A stretch of DNA of 64,000 nucleotides from Pristiophorus japonicus (lineage: Eukaryota), in contig NC_091991.1 in the NCBI RefSeq assembly GCF_044704955.1, forward strand, positions 162,502,001 to 162,566,000, in the 5' to 3' direction. Below are positions 35,601 through 47,885 of this stretch, piece after piece. Below the pieces are notes generated by a model, which was not told the origin of the DNA, ran no database searches, and was given only the letters and a program-made list of their open reading frames with translations. Each line of letters starts with the position of its first letter. Position 1 is the first letter of the stretch. The position numbers and the translations under genes are program-made.

Positions 35601-38600
35601 AAGAAACCTTGAAAGACAGACATGCATTTATATAGTGCCTTTCACGACCTCAGGACGCCTCAAAGCGCTTGCAACCAATGAAGTACTTTTTGAAGTGTAG
35701 GTCATTGTTGTAATGTAAGAATGGGACTTGAGAAGGCACTCGACAGGGTCTTATCAACAAATGGGATTCAGGGTTATTAGAAATGCACCAGGGAAAATCA
35801 TGGATAGATGGGCCGATGGTCTTCTCCTGGCAAGATCTGTTACTATGCATGTTTGATGTGACTAATCCTTAAGCTTTCTGATTGGTCCAATATGTTTTAT
35901 TGACAGCACTGTTGTCCAATGCAGTGGAAGATACGATAGAGGGCTTTGAATGGGTGGGATGGTTACCAAAACAAATAAGGTGCCATTACAAACCTTTGTT
36001 AAACCTGAAAAAGCAGTCTATAGTCAAATACCTATTCAGGTCAGTGATACTTTAAAACAAAAATGTGGTTCCGCAGCATAACTAAGACCACCTATTTTCA
36101 CCTCCGTAATGTCTCCTGTCTCTGTCCTTGCCTCAGCTCATCTGCTGAAGCCCTCATCTGTGCCTTTGTCACCACTCGACTTGACTATTCCAACATACAA
36201 TGGCTAGCCTCTCACATTCTACCCTAATGTAAACTAGAAGTAATCCAAAACTCGGCTGCCTGTATCCTAACTTGCACCAAATCCTGCATTGGCTCCCGGT
36301 TGAGCAACACCTCGCTTTCAAAATTCTCATCCTTGCTTTCAAATCCCTCCATGGCCTCGTCCCTCCATATTTCTATAATCTCCTCCAGCCCCACGAGATG
36401 TCTACGCTACTCTAATTCTGCTTTTTATAATCGTTCAACCATTGATGACCATACCTACTATTCCCTGAGCTCTGGAATTCCCTGCCTAAACCTCTCCGCC
36501 TCTCTACCTCTCCCCTTCAAGACGCTCCTTAAAACCTACCTCTTTGAGCAAGCATTTGGTCGCCTGCCCTAATTTCTCCTTATGCGGCTCGGTGTCAATT
36601 TTTTATCTCAGAATACTCCTGTGAAGCACCTTGGGATGTTTCATTACATTAAAGGCGCTATATAAATACAAGTAGTTGTTCAAAGTACAATGTCATGTCC
36701 CAGGTACACTAGTTGCCTGAGAAACCTGCTTGCTCTTGCCACTGGATTTGTAAAGTTAGCCCATGAACGATTCTTTGGTGTCTGCCCCTGAACTGTGCTG
36801 AATTACAGAAGATTTTATAGTTTATATTAAATATATATAATATCCAACAATGGCTGTGTCTTCCCATTTGTGGGCCAGGGTACGGCAATGAGCCTCGGCA
36901 ATTGATGCTGATTGATTGAATTTTAAAAGAGGGGTGATGGGTTTATTTGTACAAATACCTGGCAGGAGCTATTTCTATTGATTCCTGTTCTACGTGCAGC
37001 TGTTTAAATTAAGGGATCACTGCTGGGAAAATAAGCTTGTGTGAAATGACAATACACGGGAGTCAGCGGGGTTAACACAGTTGGGATGTAAACTATCCTG
37101 CCTTTTTTACCTGATGCAAATCCTCAAATTTCATGAATGAAAGTGGGTACGTTCATCATTAAAGGGGAGATGGTGCATTTTGTTAATTGTAAACTGAAAG
37201 CATTTAATAGCTCATGGAGGTACAAACCTTTAAACTCTTTTTGCAGCACAGTTTAGAAGGAATGCATTCTGAAACGGTGAGACTTTGCAAATGCTGAAAG
37301 CTGCTAAGTACGCAAAATGTGAGCTTCGAAAATGCAAAATCAGTTTCTATTTGAAAATGGGGCTGGCGGGTGCTGCAGCACACTTTTCTTTTGTTCTGTT
37401 TATAATTCTCAAATTTACTCTGCACACAAATTATTTCCGAGTAAACCTGCTCCCATGTATCTACCATGTGGTGCTTTTGAGCTGCCTTTCAGATTTTTTT
37501 TTTTCCGTTGCCAATCATTCCAATTCTTTGTCAGATCACAAACGCCAGAGGTCACCTTGCACACATCAAGGATCACCCTGCGCCAATGCTCTTAGCCAAA
37601 AGGCCTAGAGCCCAAGCACCGTTCCTGGAAGTACTGCAATACCAGGTTCGTGCCATGGAGGTGGATGGGTCAGGCCCCCCCACACACCTCCGTGGAGGTG
37701 GATGGGTCAAGCCACCCCACCCACCTCCTATTTCCAAAAAGCATAGGAGAATCACCTTCCTGATCCAGGGAGAACCACGTTGGGGTCATGGTTACTCCCC
37801 TGTCAGGTCAGTTAAGCATGATCTTAGCCAAAAGGCCGAGAAGCGAGCTGCCTTTCAGATGCTGCAATCGTTCCTTGGGCTAAATTGTCCATCGTTTTGT
37901 CTTTCCTCTCTATGGGGAAGGAATTGCACAGTACTTGATGTCACTTTCTGATGAGGCTGATTGTGGTCATCTTTGTTGTGTGGGAATTAATATGGTCAAA
38001 TTTTTTTTGTTTAAAATTACAATTTCTGTCACAGTTCGAATTAAGAAATGTTAATGAAAAATTACCCATAATGCTAAAAAAATTAAATGTTAAAGGAACT
38101 ATTGACATGCACGTGATCAAAATTTGAGCACTATACATAATATAAATAGGAGCAGGAAGAGACCCTTCAAGTCTGCTCTGCCATTCAGTAAGATCAATGC
38201 TGATGTACCTCAATTCCACCTTCCCACACTATTTTCCCATATCCCTTGATTCCCTTTAGTATCCAAAAATCTATGGATCTCCGTCTTGAATACAGGTATA
38301 CTCAACAACTGAGCAGCCACAGCTCTCTGGGGTAGAGAATTCCAAAGATTCACAACCCTCAGTGAAGAAATTGCTCCTCATCTCAGTCCTAAATGGCTGA
38401 CCCCTTTATTCTGAGACTGTGACCCAACTTGTTCTAGAATTCCAGCCAAGGGAAACCTTCTCCTAGCATCTACTCTGTCAAGCCCCTTAAGAATTTTATA
38501 CGTTTCAATGAGATCACCTCTTATTACTCTTAACTCTAGAGAATATAGGCATAGTCTACTTGATCTCTCCTCTTAGGACAATTTATCTTATCCTTTTCCT

Positions 38601-40437
38601 TCCTCCCTCCCACCCACCCAATCCATCCAAGGAGACCAAAACTGTACATAGTTCTCCAGGTGTAGTCTCACCTGTATAATTACATGACCTGTGCAATACA
38701 GTTTTCTCTCTCCATCTACTTCTTTTCTCCAGATGCTCCTCCACATATTTGATTTTGTCTTTTTTCCTCAATAGTAAGGAACTTTGGCTAGTCATGCCCT
38801 CAAACTCCTCCTTCTGAAGCTGCTCTTGGTCTCTGCTCAATGATGCCCTGCATTCCAGTAAGGGAGGGCTACTGCCTTGGGCACCTGTTGTTGATCAGAG
38901 TTGAATTTGAATGAATTGTCCAATATTGCTAGTCAGGACCCATTTATGTTGGCAATTCAAATTAGCTAATGGTTCAAATTTAGCAAATGGATGGTGACTT
39001 CTGTGCAATTTCAATTTGAGCAACTGCAAATTAAGAGCCTGTATAAGTTGACTTCTGATTGTTATAATTTTCAAGTGTCTAATTATATCAGGTGAATCTC
39101 CTGAAGTAAAATTCACCCTATTAAATTTATACCTCTATCAGGTGAATCAGTAGATATTGAAGATGAAGAAGTGGTGTACGAAGCAATACATGACCATACA
39201 CCCGAGGACACCATTTCAGTCAGTTCCAGTTCCAGTTCCAGCACTGAACAAGACGCTAATCTCTATACAAATCACACCGGTTCCCAGAACTCCCATTCAT
39301 ATTTTGAAACGGTTGATGGTGAAAATGGGAACACTGCTTCGCAGAATGCCAGAGCCTTGTCAGGTCAAGCTGCTTTCACCAGAAAGAGGCCCAGGCCTTG
39401 GTTGTTTCATTATTTGAGGTAGTTTACTTTTTTGGACAGATTCCTATGGCACAATAAGAAATGAGCTGGTCACCAAAAAAATGTTTGCTTTTGGCTCTGG
39501 AATTATAATCTAGTAGACCATAAAAAAAAAAGCGCAATACTGCATGAACATCTCTGTGAAAGAAAAGTACAGTAGAGCTATTTTAGCAGACCTGCCAAAT
39601 CACTCATTACAATGGCTGGTTCATATTTTTATTTTTAACAATGGAATCTCTTCTGAAATGCCATTGTGTAAAACACAGTTCCTGGGGCATGTTGCCACTT
39701 ATTAATGAGCACTGTGTTAAAAGAGTAACACAACTATTCCCTGAAATCTCACTAGTATTGCTGACCGCTAGTGTTCTTATAATCCTCTGCTGATCATCTC
39801 TTTCTCCCCCCCCCAAAAAAAACAGTTTATGCCCATTGCAATCCATTACTAGAGCAATGACCATTTAACCACGGAAGGAGTTTGAATAGGATTAAATCAC
39901 ACCCTTCTGTTCGGGTCACCCAGTGTTTGTGCAAAGCATTGGCTTAACGCAAGCCATTTGTTTCATACCTGTATACTCATTTACCATTGTAAATTAGTGC
40001 TGCTATTTAAAGGGGCAACACTGCTTACATTTTAAGAGAACAGGGTTGCCACTATCTAACCAGATTATATAAGGAAGGGGTATGTGTAATGGAGATATTT
40101 GTAGAATCTAATAAAGGAAACACATGGGTTCCCAACTGAACAGCCTGTTAAAGATTCAGGCATTCTACTGACTTTGCCAATCTGCATAATTTTTTACCCA
40201 TAATATCTCTTTAAAGAATAAATATTTGTGTATCATTTTTTAATGTCCTTTATCCCTTTATCATTAATTCCATTTGGAGGGTGAGCTTTAACAAATGGGA
40301 CTGGTTTTGTCGAGCAGCAACTTCAGCTATTACTGTTCTATGCCTATTTCTTACATTTTAGACGGCGAATGGTCGTTTGGAAGCGCAGCAGCCTCCGTTT
40401 TGGATTGTCAAGAAGGCAGTATAGCCAGCCACGTTGA
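29676..40437 (+). CDS. RNF151: RING finger protein 151-like (RING plus TRAF/SIAH-type zinc fingers, extended acidic tail); first coding exon uncertain
   Basis: Exons 29676-29821 (146 nt, DSGYDIELFVKAPDPEFICTICHGVL...CQHVFCNSC), 31409-31505 (97 nt, KRECPYCRK...IGRLIMK), 32835-33225 (CENRVYGC...HNCYRD...), then 35112-35261, 39142-39418 and 40362-40437 (stop TGA). All AG/GT with compatible phases; the first two exon sizes equal recalled human RNF151; syntenic with TBL3 and RPS2. The last three exons are predicted only. Confidence 0.85.
31057..31251 (-). mobile_element. L1/Tx1-clade 3' fragment with 16-bp TSD
   Basis: TSD caaatttgttttacaa at 31041-31056 and 31252-31267; same ORF end (WAPEGLECI) as 13012-13269. 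Confidence 0.8.
34250..34900 (-). mobile_element. CR1/L2-group LINE 3' fragment
   Basis: Colinear with 18135-18243 plus 19160-19700. Confidence 0.8.
36090..36680 (+). mobile_element. L2 LINE 3' fragment
   Basis: gactattccaac...tccaaaactcggctgcc...aaaacctacctctttgag; tail aaaggcgctatataaatacaag. Confidence 0.75.
37495..37846 (-). mobile_element. snRNA-mosaic SINE (SINEU-like: U2/U1/U2/U2 plus U6-like), full length, polyA, 16-bp TSD
   Basis: Minus strand starts tcgcttctcggccttttggctaagatca (U2 5' end), then acctgacaggggagtaaccatga (U1-like) and cctggtattgcagtacttccaggaacggtgc (U2 stem-loop IV); polyA; TSD gagctgcctttcagat at 37479-37494 and 37845-37860. Confidence 0.85.
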
Positions 40438-43400
40438 TAGTATTCTGCTCCCTTTAGCTGGATGATCTGTAATATGGAGAACTTCTACTAGTTGATCGTT
40501 TTAAAATAGTTTGTTTTTGCTGATTTTCATAATTCATGCTGAATGTATTTGAGAAGTTTTTTTTCAGGAAATGCCAAAAGCCAGAGTACTTGTAAATTTG
40601 TTTTCCTTGTTGCATTTAAGCTTGATTTGAAAGTAAATGGTTGCATGTAGAACTGCCACTTGTATGTTATTTATCCAATCAAGGGCTATGTGGCACTTTT
40701 GGGCATAGTGCAGGCCAGATGCAGAAGCGAGCTGCTCCTCCACTGACTCCAGTTTGAACTCCTACCTCTGAAGTGCACCTTTTGCTGTGCCGGTGCACAA
40801 TTTCCACCAGCCACCCTTGTGGCTTGTTAACAAAACTTGAGTTTGTGGTGGGCCTGCACACAATAGCAATTGGATTGAGGCTGGTCAATCCCATTTTACA
40901 TAGCTGGCTGTAAAATGAGTTTGGGCAGTCTGTCCAGTTCGTAGTGTGGGCCCACCATTCAAAATTGCCCATGATTTGTTGAGACCACAAAGATGGGTAG
41001 TCTTCAAAATGGAACGAGCAAGTACATCAAGCCGCCTTGAAGTTGGAGGACATCTGGTGGCTAAGTAAGAGGACCTACACTAGTGAATGTGCAATGCTGG
41101 TAATTGGTGTCCAGATGGATCTGTTCCATTTCTCTAAATCTTATGTCTGTTCCCCTTACTTTCTTCACCCGCCCACCTCCCAGCACTAAAGTGTTTATGT
41201 TGTACATGTCTTGCTGTGAAACAAAACATTATCGAACATAAAATGGCCGATAAAAGCAGTTGTGGCTTGGTTGTGCATTTCAGTTACAGGTATATATTGT
41301 CTACAATGTTCCATCACACCAATACTGTTGTGCTCTTGAGCTACCATGTTAACATTTATAAATGCAAAGGAAAAATTTCTACCAACTACTATATATTTCT
41401 CAATTATTGGGCTAATTCTATATTAACTGATTCCTCACGCCTTAGTTTTTATCCTTGAGCGTTTATAAAAAAAATAAATAAATAAATGTAATTTATGAAT
41501 GTTTTGAGGAACCGAACACGTTCCCACTCTGTCGGTCAGCATTGAGCATTCACTATCTCAAATTCAGACTTCAGCAGCAGTTTTATACAGCACAGGGGCA
41601 ACCCTAACTTTCTGTTTTAATAATGTACAAATATCATTCCTTTTGCTCATGATGTTAGAATGGAGACTCGAGTGTTATCACATACTCTGTTCCATTTTTG
41701 ATCCCCAGTTTAAGCCTGGGACCAAATACTTACCTGCCCTCCTTGGATGGAAATAGTTGTTACAAGGACAAGGGCAAGGCAATGAAGTAAAAATTATTTT
41801 CCTGCTCTTTTTTCAAATATGCTTTCGTCATCTGGGGGTTGGATGATCTTGAGTGCTTCAAATCTTTGCCCAAGAACTTGTACTGCATTGTATCCTATTC
41901 TGTAATGTACAGTTGAAACCGGTAAAGGGATTTTTGTGGGTGGCTACATAGTTTGAGGATTTCTTGGAATATTTTTAAGGAAATAATACTCTTATTATGG
42001 GAAGAAAATCCAGGTAATCCTCGTGGGTCCAGCAGCAAAAATTGTTTTTTTTATTTGTCCTAGTTACTGAATCTTGTGCCGTCTACCTGTTTTGCTGTTC
42101 CCTTAACATGGTTAGTGAACTTTTAATTTGCAGCACAGTTATGTTCTTTCATTTTTCTATCTTGTAAGCTGAATAATTTTGAAATAAAGTTTTTGCATTG
42201 AAGTGTTTTTTCATAAATGTGTTCAAATATTTCTCTGCTAAGTAGCATCGTTAATGAAACACGATTCCATCCCTCTTAACAAGAAAAACAGGCATTGACT
42301 AAAGTGATCCACATTTCTGCCCCTGAAGCTAAGCTAGTATAAATTCTTGGTTTGTCTCCAACTTCAGTGAAAAGTTGTCTTGTGCTCTTGCTTATTAAAG
42401 AACTTTCATTTCACTAACTCATTAGTCGGTCCTACAAATGTACACTAAGATTGATGAATGTTTCAGCTTCCAATAACCAGTCAGTTGCTCAACCTTCATA
42501 GCAAACACCTTAAAATTCCCTTAATTTGGAGCACTGCATTTATAAGTTATGAAGGAGTTACTTATACCCACTACTCTCCCAGCAAGGTCTGGATCTGGTG
42601 AGAAAGATTAATATGTCAACTGCTGCATGATTGACCTGTATTTTACAATTTTTTTTGTACTTGGGATATTTAACGTAACACTACTTGGGTTCTTATGATT
42701 TACTCAAATCAATAAGGTTTTTAAACATTGAACTCTGGTGTCATGTTAAGTGTAGAATACATGCAATAGTACTTGAACACAAGGTCATACTTAGAATTGA
42801 ACCTAGTTTCATTGAGGATCCTAACATTGTACAGTTCTGAGCTCTGTATCTTTGGTCTTTAATTGCTATTCTGCCAATGAAATGTTTAAGTATATAATTT
42901 GTGACAATTAAAGATGTATTCCAATGGTTTTCCTTTTTTAAGTACTATTTTCCCATAATGTTGTGAACCAGCAATCAAAAAGGCACATCTTTTAAGTCTC
43001 AGTTCATCCTGAAACTGAGCATTGCTGCAGGGTCAGCCCTGGCCCAGTAGTACTTTATATTATTAGCCCTTTGCCTATTCAGCAGGAATTTAAAGAAAAA
43101 TCAATATCAGTATAGTATTAGTAACTTCAGGATAGTCAGATGAACTCTTTCCTCAAGAGTAGTCTCTCCCTACCAAGAAACCGGTTGTGGCTTTATCGGT
43201 TAACCAAATAACAACCATACTGAAAATAGCTTGCTTTTGATTTTGAGCTTATTTTTGAAGCAAGTTGGGGGAAATATATACAGATGTAAGCTACCTTGGT
43301 CCAACAGCAAAGTACAAGCTTACCATCAAGGCTTAGAATTTAAAATTCTCATCCTTGTTTTCAAATCCCTTCCCGGTCTCGTCTCTTCTCCAGCCCTACA

Positions 43401-43742
43401 AGATTTCCACGCTGCACTACTTCTGGCCTCTTGTGCACCTGATTTTCATCGCTCAGCCGTTGGTGACTGTACTTTCAACTGCCTAGGTCCCAAGCTCTGC
43501 AATTCCCTTCCTAAACCTCTCCTCCTTGAAGACACGGAAACCTACCTATTTGAGCACCTGTTTAATATGGGCTGGGCCAGATTTCTAATTGGTGCCCATG
43601 GCAGACGAGACACTCAACCGTTTGTCTGGAATGTGTAATTTGATCCTGTCTGCTGGAGAGTAATTGAAAGTCTCCAATGTGTAATGTGATCCAGTCATTG
43701 TTATATGCTCCAGTGCAGCCATGGCAGTGGCATCTACCTCCT

Positions 43743-43938
43743 GTGTGGGGGACCTGACCCATCCACCTCCATGGCACGAACCTGGTATTGCAGTACTTCC
43801 AGGAACGGTGCAGTGGCTCTAGGCCTTTTGGCTAAGAGCATTGGCGCAGAGTGATCCTTGGCGTGTGCAAGGTGACCTCTGGCGTTTGTGATTTGACAAA
43901 GAATTGGAACGATTGGCTACGAATTTCAAAAAAAAAAA
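43743..43938 (+). mobile_element. 5'-truncated copy of the snRNA-mosaic SINE with 11-bp TSD
   Basis: Near-identical to the 3' half of 37495-37846; polyA 43928-43938; TSD atctacctcct at 43732-43742 and 43939-43949. Confidence 0.85.
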
Positions 43939-44639
43939 ATCTACCTCCTAATGTGGAGGGTCACCTAGAAAAGCCAGGTACCTTACACGCCCACACGTGG
44001 CCTGCCCTGGTGACCTCCTTCCAATCATCAGTTGAGTGATTGAATATAAAATGTTGGAAGTGCTCAGTAAGTCAGGCAGCATCTGTGAAGAGAGCAGAGT
44101 TAACCTTTCAGGTCAATGACTTTTCCTAAAAATGTGAAATGTTAACACACACACACACACTTTTTCCATAAATTCTGCCTGATTTGCTGGGTGTTTCCAT
44201 CAATTTATATCTGATTTCCAGCATCTAGTATTTTATGTTTGACTCACCAGTGATAGTTAAAATCAGCAATTAGTGCCATCAGGTACCACCTGCCCACTGC
44301 TGAGCTGTTTGACAATGCTAAGTTCTAGTTGACTCGTGGGGCCCTTTCAAAAAATGTGACCACCATGAACGGGCAATGCAACATCAGGCGGGGCGCTGTA
44401 GCTGCTTCTGAGGCTGAATTTGACAAATTCACAGCATTGACTATTTTACATAATTTGAGCTGTAAAGGTTAATTTAGTAGAGCGCAGGTGATGTCATTGC
44501 AGGTGACATCAGTAGCAGAACCGTAGATTTTTAGCATATGCTGAGAATGACCTGTGTGGCCCGGCTCATGCACAGGATGACATCACGGGTCAGCTGAAAA
44601 CTAGAAGTACCCACACTGTTGCTAATCACTCTGTCAAAC

Positions 44640-46720
44640 TAAATACCCAGAGAGCTGCGGTGACTGATGGGATTATTGGGAGAGCATTTTGGTAGTAATG
44701 ATCATAATTCAGTTAGATTTAAGGTAGTTATGGAAAAGGACAGATAGACCAGGAATAAAAGTTCTCAATTGGGGAAAAACTCATTTTACTAAGCCGAGAT
44801 GTGATTTAGCCAAAGTGGCCTGGAAACAGCTACTTGAAGGTAAATCAATGTCAGAGCAGTGGAAGACATTCAAGGAGGAGATAGTGAGGGTTCAGAGCAA
44901 GTATGTTCCCTTCAAAAGGGTGGGACTAATAAATCTAGAGCCCCTTGGATGTCAAGGGGCCTACAGGGTAGGATAAAGGAAAACAAGGTAAGCTTATGAC
45001 CGACACCAAGGGCTGAATACTGCAGAAACCCGAGGAGTATAGATAGTGCAGAGATGAAATGAAATTAAAAAATTAGGAAAACAGAGTGCATGAAAAAATA
45101 TTGGCAAGTAAGTTCAATGAAAACCCAAAGTTGTTTTATAAATACATGAAGAGCAAAAGGATAATTAAAGAAAAAGTAGGACCATAAAGGTAACCGGTGT
45201 GTGGAGGTGGAAAATATGGGAATGGTTCTCAATGAATACTTGTCTGTTTTCACAAAAGAGAGGGACAACGCAGCCACTGCAATCAGGGAGAAGTGTGAAA
45301 TATTAGCCGAAATAAACAGTGAGAGAGGAAGTATTAAGGGGTTTAGCAGCTTTGAAAGTGGATAAATCCCAAAGCCTGGATGAAATGTATCCTAGGCTGT
45401 TAAGAGAAGCAGGAGAAAATAGCACAGACTCTGACCATTATTTTCCAATCCTCTCTGGCTGGAGGTATGGTGCCGGAGGTCTGCTAACGTTGTTTAAAAA
45501 GGGACAAAGGATTAGACCAAGTAATTAATTACAGGCCAATCAGCCTAACCTCAGTGGTGGGAAAATTGGTAATTTTGAGGGACAGGATAAATCATTTAAA
45601 AAGACATGGATTAATCATGGACAGTCAGCATAGATTTGTTAAGCGAAGATTGTGTCTGACTAACTTGATTGATTGCATTTTTTGAGGCTGTAACGAGGAA
45701 GGTCAATTAGGGTAGTGCATTTGATGTAGTCTATATGGATTTTAGCAAGGCTTTTGATAACGTCCTGCATGGCAGGCTGATCACGAATGTAAAAGCCCAT
45801 GGGATCCAAGGCAAAGTGGCAAGTTGGATCCAAAATGGGCTGAGGCAGGAAGCAAAGGGTTAATAGTCAATAGGGTTCCGCAGGGCTCAGTACTCGGTTC
45901 CTTGCTTTTCATGGTACATATCAATGATTTAGACTTGAATATAGGGGGTATGATTAAGAAGTTTGCAGATGACACAAAAATTGGCGCTGTGGTTGTTAGT
46001 GAAGAAGAAAGCTGTAGACTTTAGGAAAATGTCAATGGACTGGTCAGGTGGGCAGAGCAGTGGCAAATGGAATTCAATCCAGAGAAGTGTGAGGTAATGC
46101 ATTTGGGGAGGGATAACAAGGCAAAGGAATACACATTAAATGGTAGGACATTAAGAAGCGTAGAGAAACGTAGGGACCTTGGAGTGCACATCCACAGATC
46201 ACTGAAAGTAGGACATGTAGATAAGGTGGTTAAGACTTATGGGATACTTGCCTTTATTAGCCGAGGCATAGAATACAAGAGCAGGGAGATTATGCTTGAA
46301 CTGTATAAAACACTAGTTAGGCCACAGCTAGTTCTGGTCATATTACAGGAAAGATGTGATTGCACTGGCAAGGGTACACAGATTCACAAGGATGTTGCCT
46401 GGACTGGAGAATTTTAGCTATAGAGGAAAGATTGGATAGACTGGGGTTGTTTTCTTTAGAACAGAGGCTGAGGGAGACCAAATTGAGCTGTATAAAATGA
46501 GGGTGGTGGGGCTCTGGAACTCAGTGCCTGAAAGGGTGGTAGAGGCAGAAACCCTCATAGCATTTAAAAAAGTACTTGGATAGACATTTGAAGTGTCATA
46601 GCTGATAAGGTTACAGACCAAGAGCTGGAAAGTGAGAAGACTGGATTGTTTCGTTGGCCAGCATGGAAACAATGAGCCAAATGGCCTCCTTCTGTGCTAT
46701 AAATTTCTATGATTCTATCA
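44640..46720 (+). mobile_element. Degenerate CR1 LINE ORF2 fragment
   Basis: KVDKSQSLDEMYPRLLRE; VPQGSVLG; KKFADDTK; MEFNPEKCEVMHLG; CR1 tail ttctatgattctat. Confidence 0.85.
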
Positions 46721-46887
46721 GGCAGGCATTGTGTGCAGATCATGAATTAACAGCTTTATTGGGTACAAAGTGAATAGTGACAATGTCCTGACATTTCATC
46801 CAGCCCAAGAAGGGGGATGCCGGGGCAGGGGAAAGAAGGGGGGGGCCGGGGAGGGGGAAAGAAGGGGGGCCGGGGCGGGGGAAAGAA

Positions 46888-47885
46888 GCATAGAAAATAG
46901 GTGCAGGAGTACATCATTCGAGCCTGCACCGCCATTCAATGAGTTCATGGTTGAACATGCAACTTCAGTACGCCATATCCCTTGATCCCCCTCGTACTAA
47001 GGACTACATCTAACTCCTTTTTGAATATATTTAATGAATTGGCCTCAACAACTTTGTGGTAGAGAATTCCACAGGTTCACCATTCTCTGGGTGAAGAAGT
47101 TTCTCCTCATCTTGGTCCTAAATGGCTTACCCCTTATCCTTAGACTGACCCCTGGTTCTGGACTTCCCCAACATTGGGAACATTCTTCCTGCATCTAACC
47201 TGTCTAACCCCGTCAGAATTTTAAATGTTTCTATGAGGTCCCCTCTCATTGTTCTGAACTCCAGTGAATACAAGCCCAGTTGATCCAGTCTTTCTTTATA
47301 TGTCAGTCCCACCATCCCAGGAATCAGTCTGGTGAACATTCGCTGCACTTCCGCAATAGCAAGAATGTCCCTCAAGTTAGACCACCAAAACTGTACACAA
47401 TACTCCAGGTGTGGCCTCACCAAAGCCCTGTACAACTGTAGTAACACCTCCCTGCCCCTGTACTCAAATCCCCTCGCTATGAAGGCCAACATGCCATTTG
47501 CTTTCTTAACTGCCTGCTGTACCTGCATGCCAACCTTCAATGACTGATGTACCATGACACCCAGATCTCATTGCACCTCCCCTTTTCCTAATCTGTCACC
47601 ATTCAGATAATAGTCTCTGTTTTTAACCACCAAAGTGGATAACCTCACATTTATCCACATTATACTCCATCTGCCATGCATTTGCCCACTTACCTAACCA
47701 AGTCACTCTGCAGCCTCATAGCATCCTCCTCGCAGCTCACACTGCCACGCAACTTGGTGTCATCCGCAAATTTGGAGATACATTTAATCCCCTTGTCCAA
47801 ATCGTTAATGTACAGTGTAAACAGCCGGGGCCCCAGCACAGAACCTTGCGGTACCCCACTAGTCACTGCCTGCCATTCTGAAAAG
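46888..47885 (-). mobile_element. Young CR1 LINE 3' fragment
   Basis: Same family as 18243-19160 (MVHQSLKVGMQVQQAVKKANGMLAFIARGFEY...). Confidence 0.9.

Noticed and set aside
37616-37846. Functional U2 or U1 snRNA gene
   Set aside because: Only fragments in scrambled order, branch-point recognition region missing, polyA and TSD present, no obvious PSE or 3' box; this is a retroposed mosaic.
44480-44590. Three TGACATCA/TGATGTCA (CRE-like) motifs as an enhancer
   Set aside because: The motif cluster alone is insufficient, and it abuts a CR1 fragment and may belong to a repeat.
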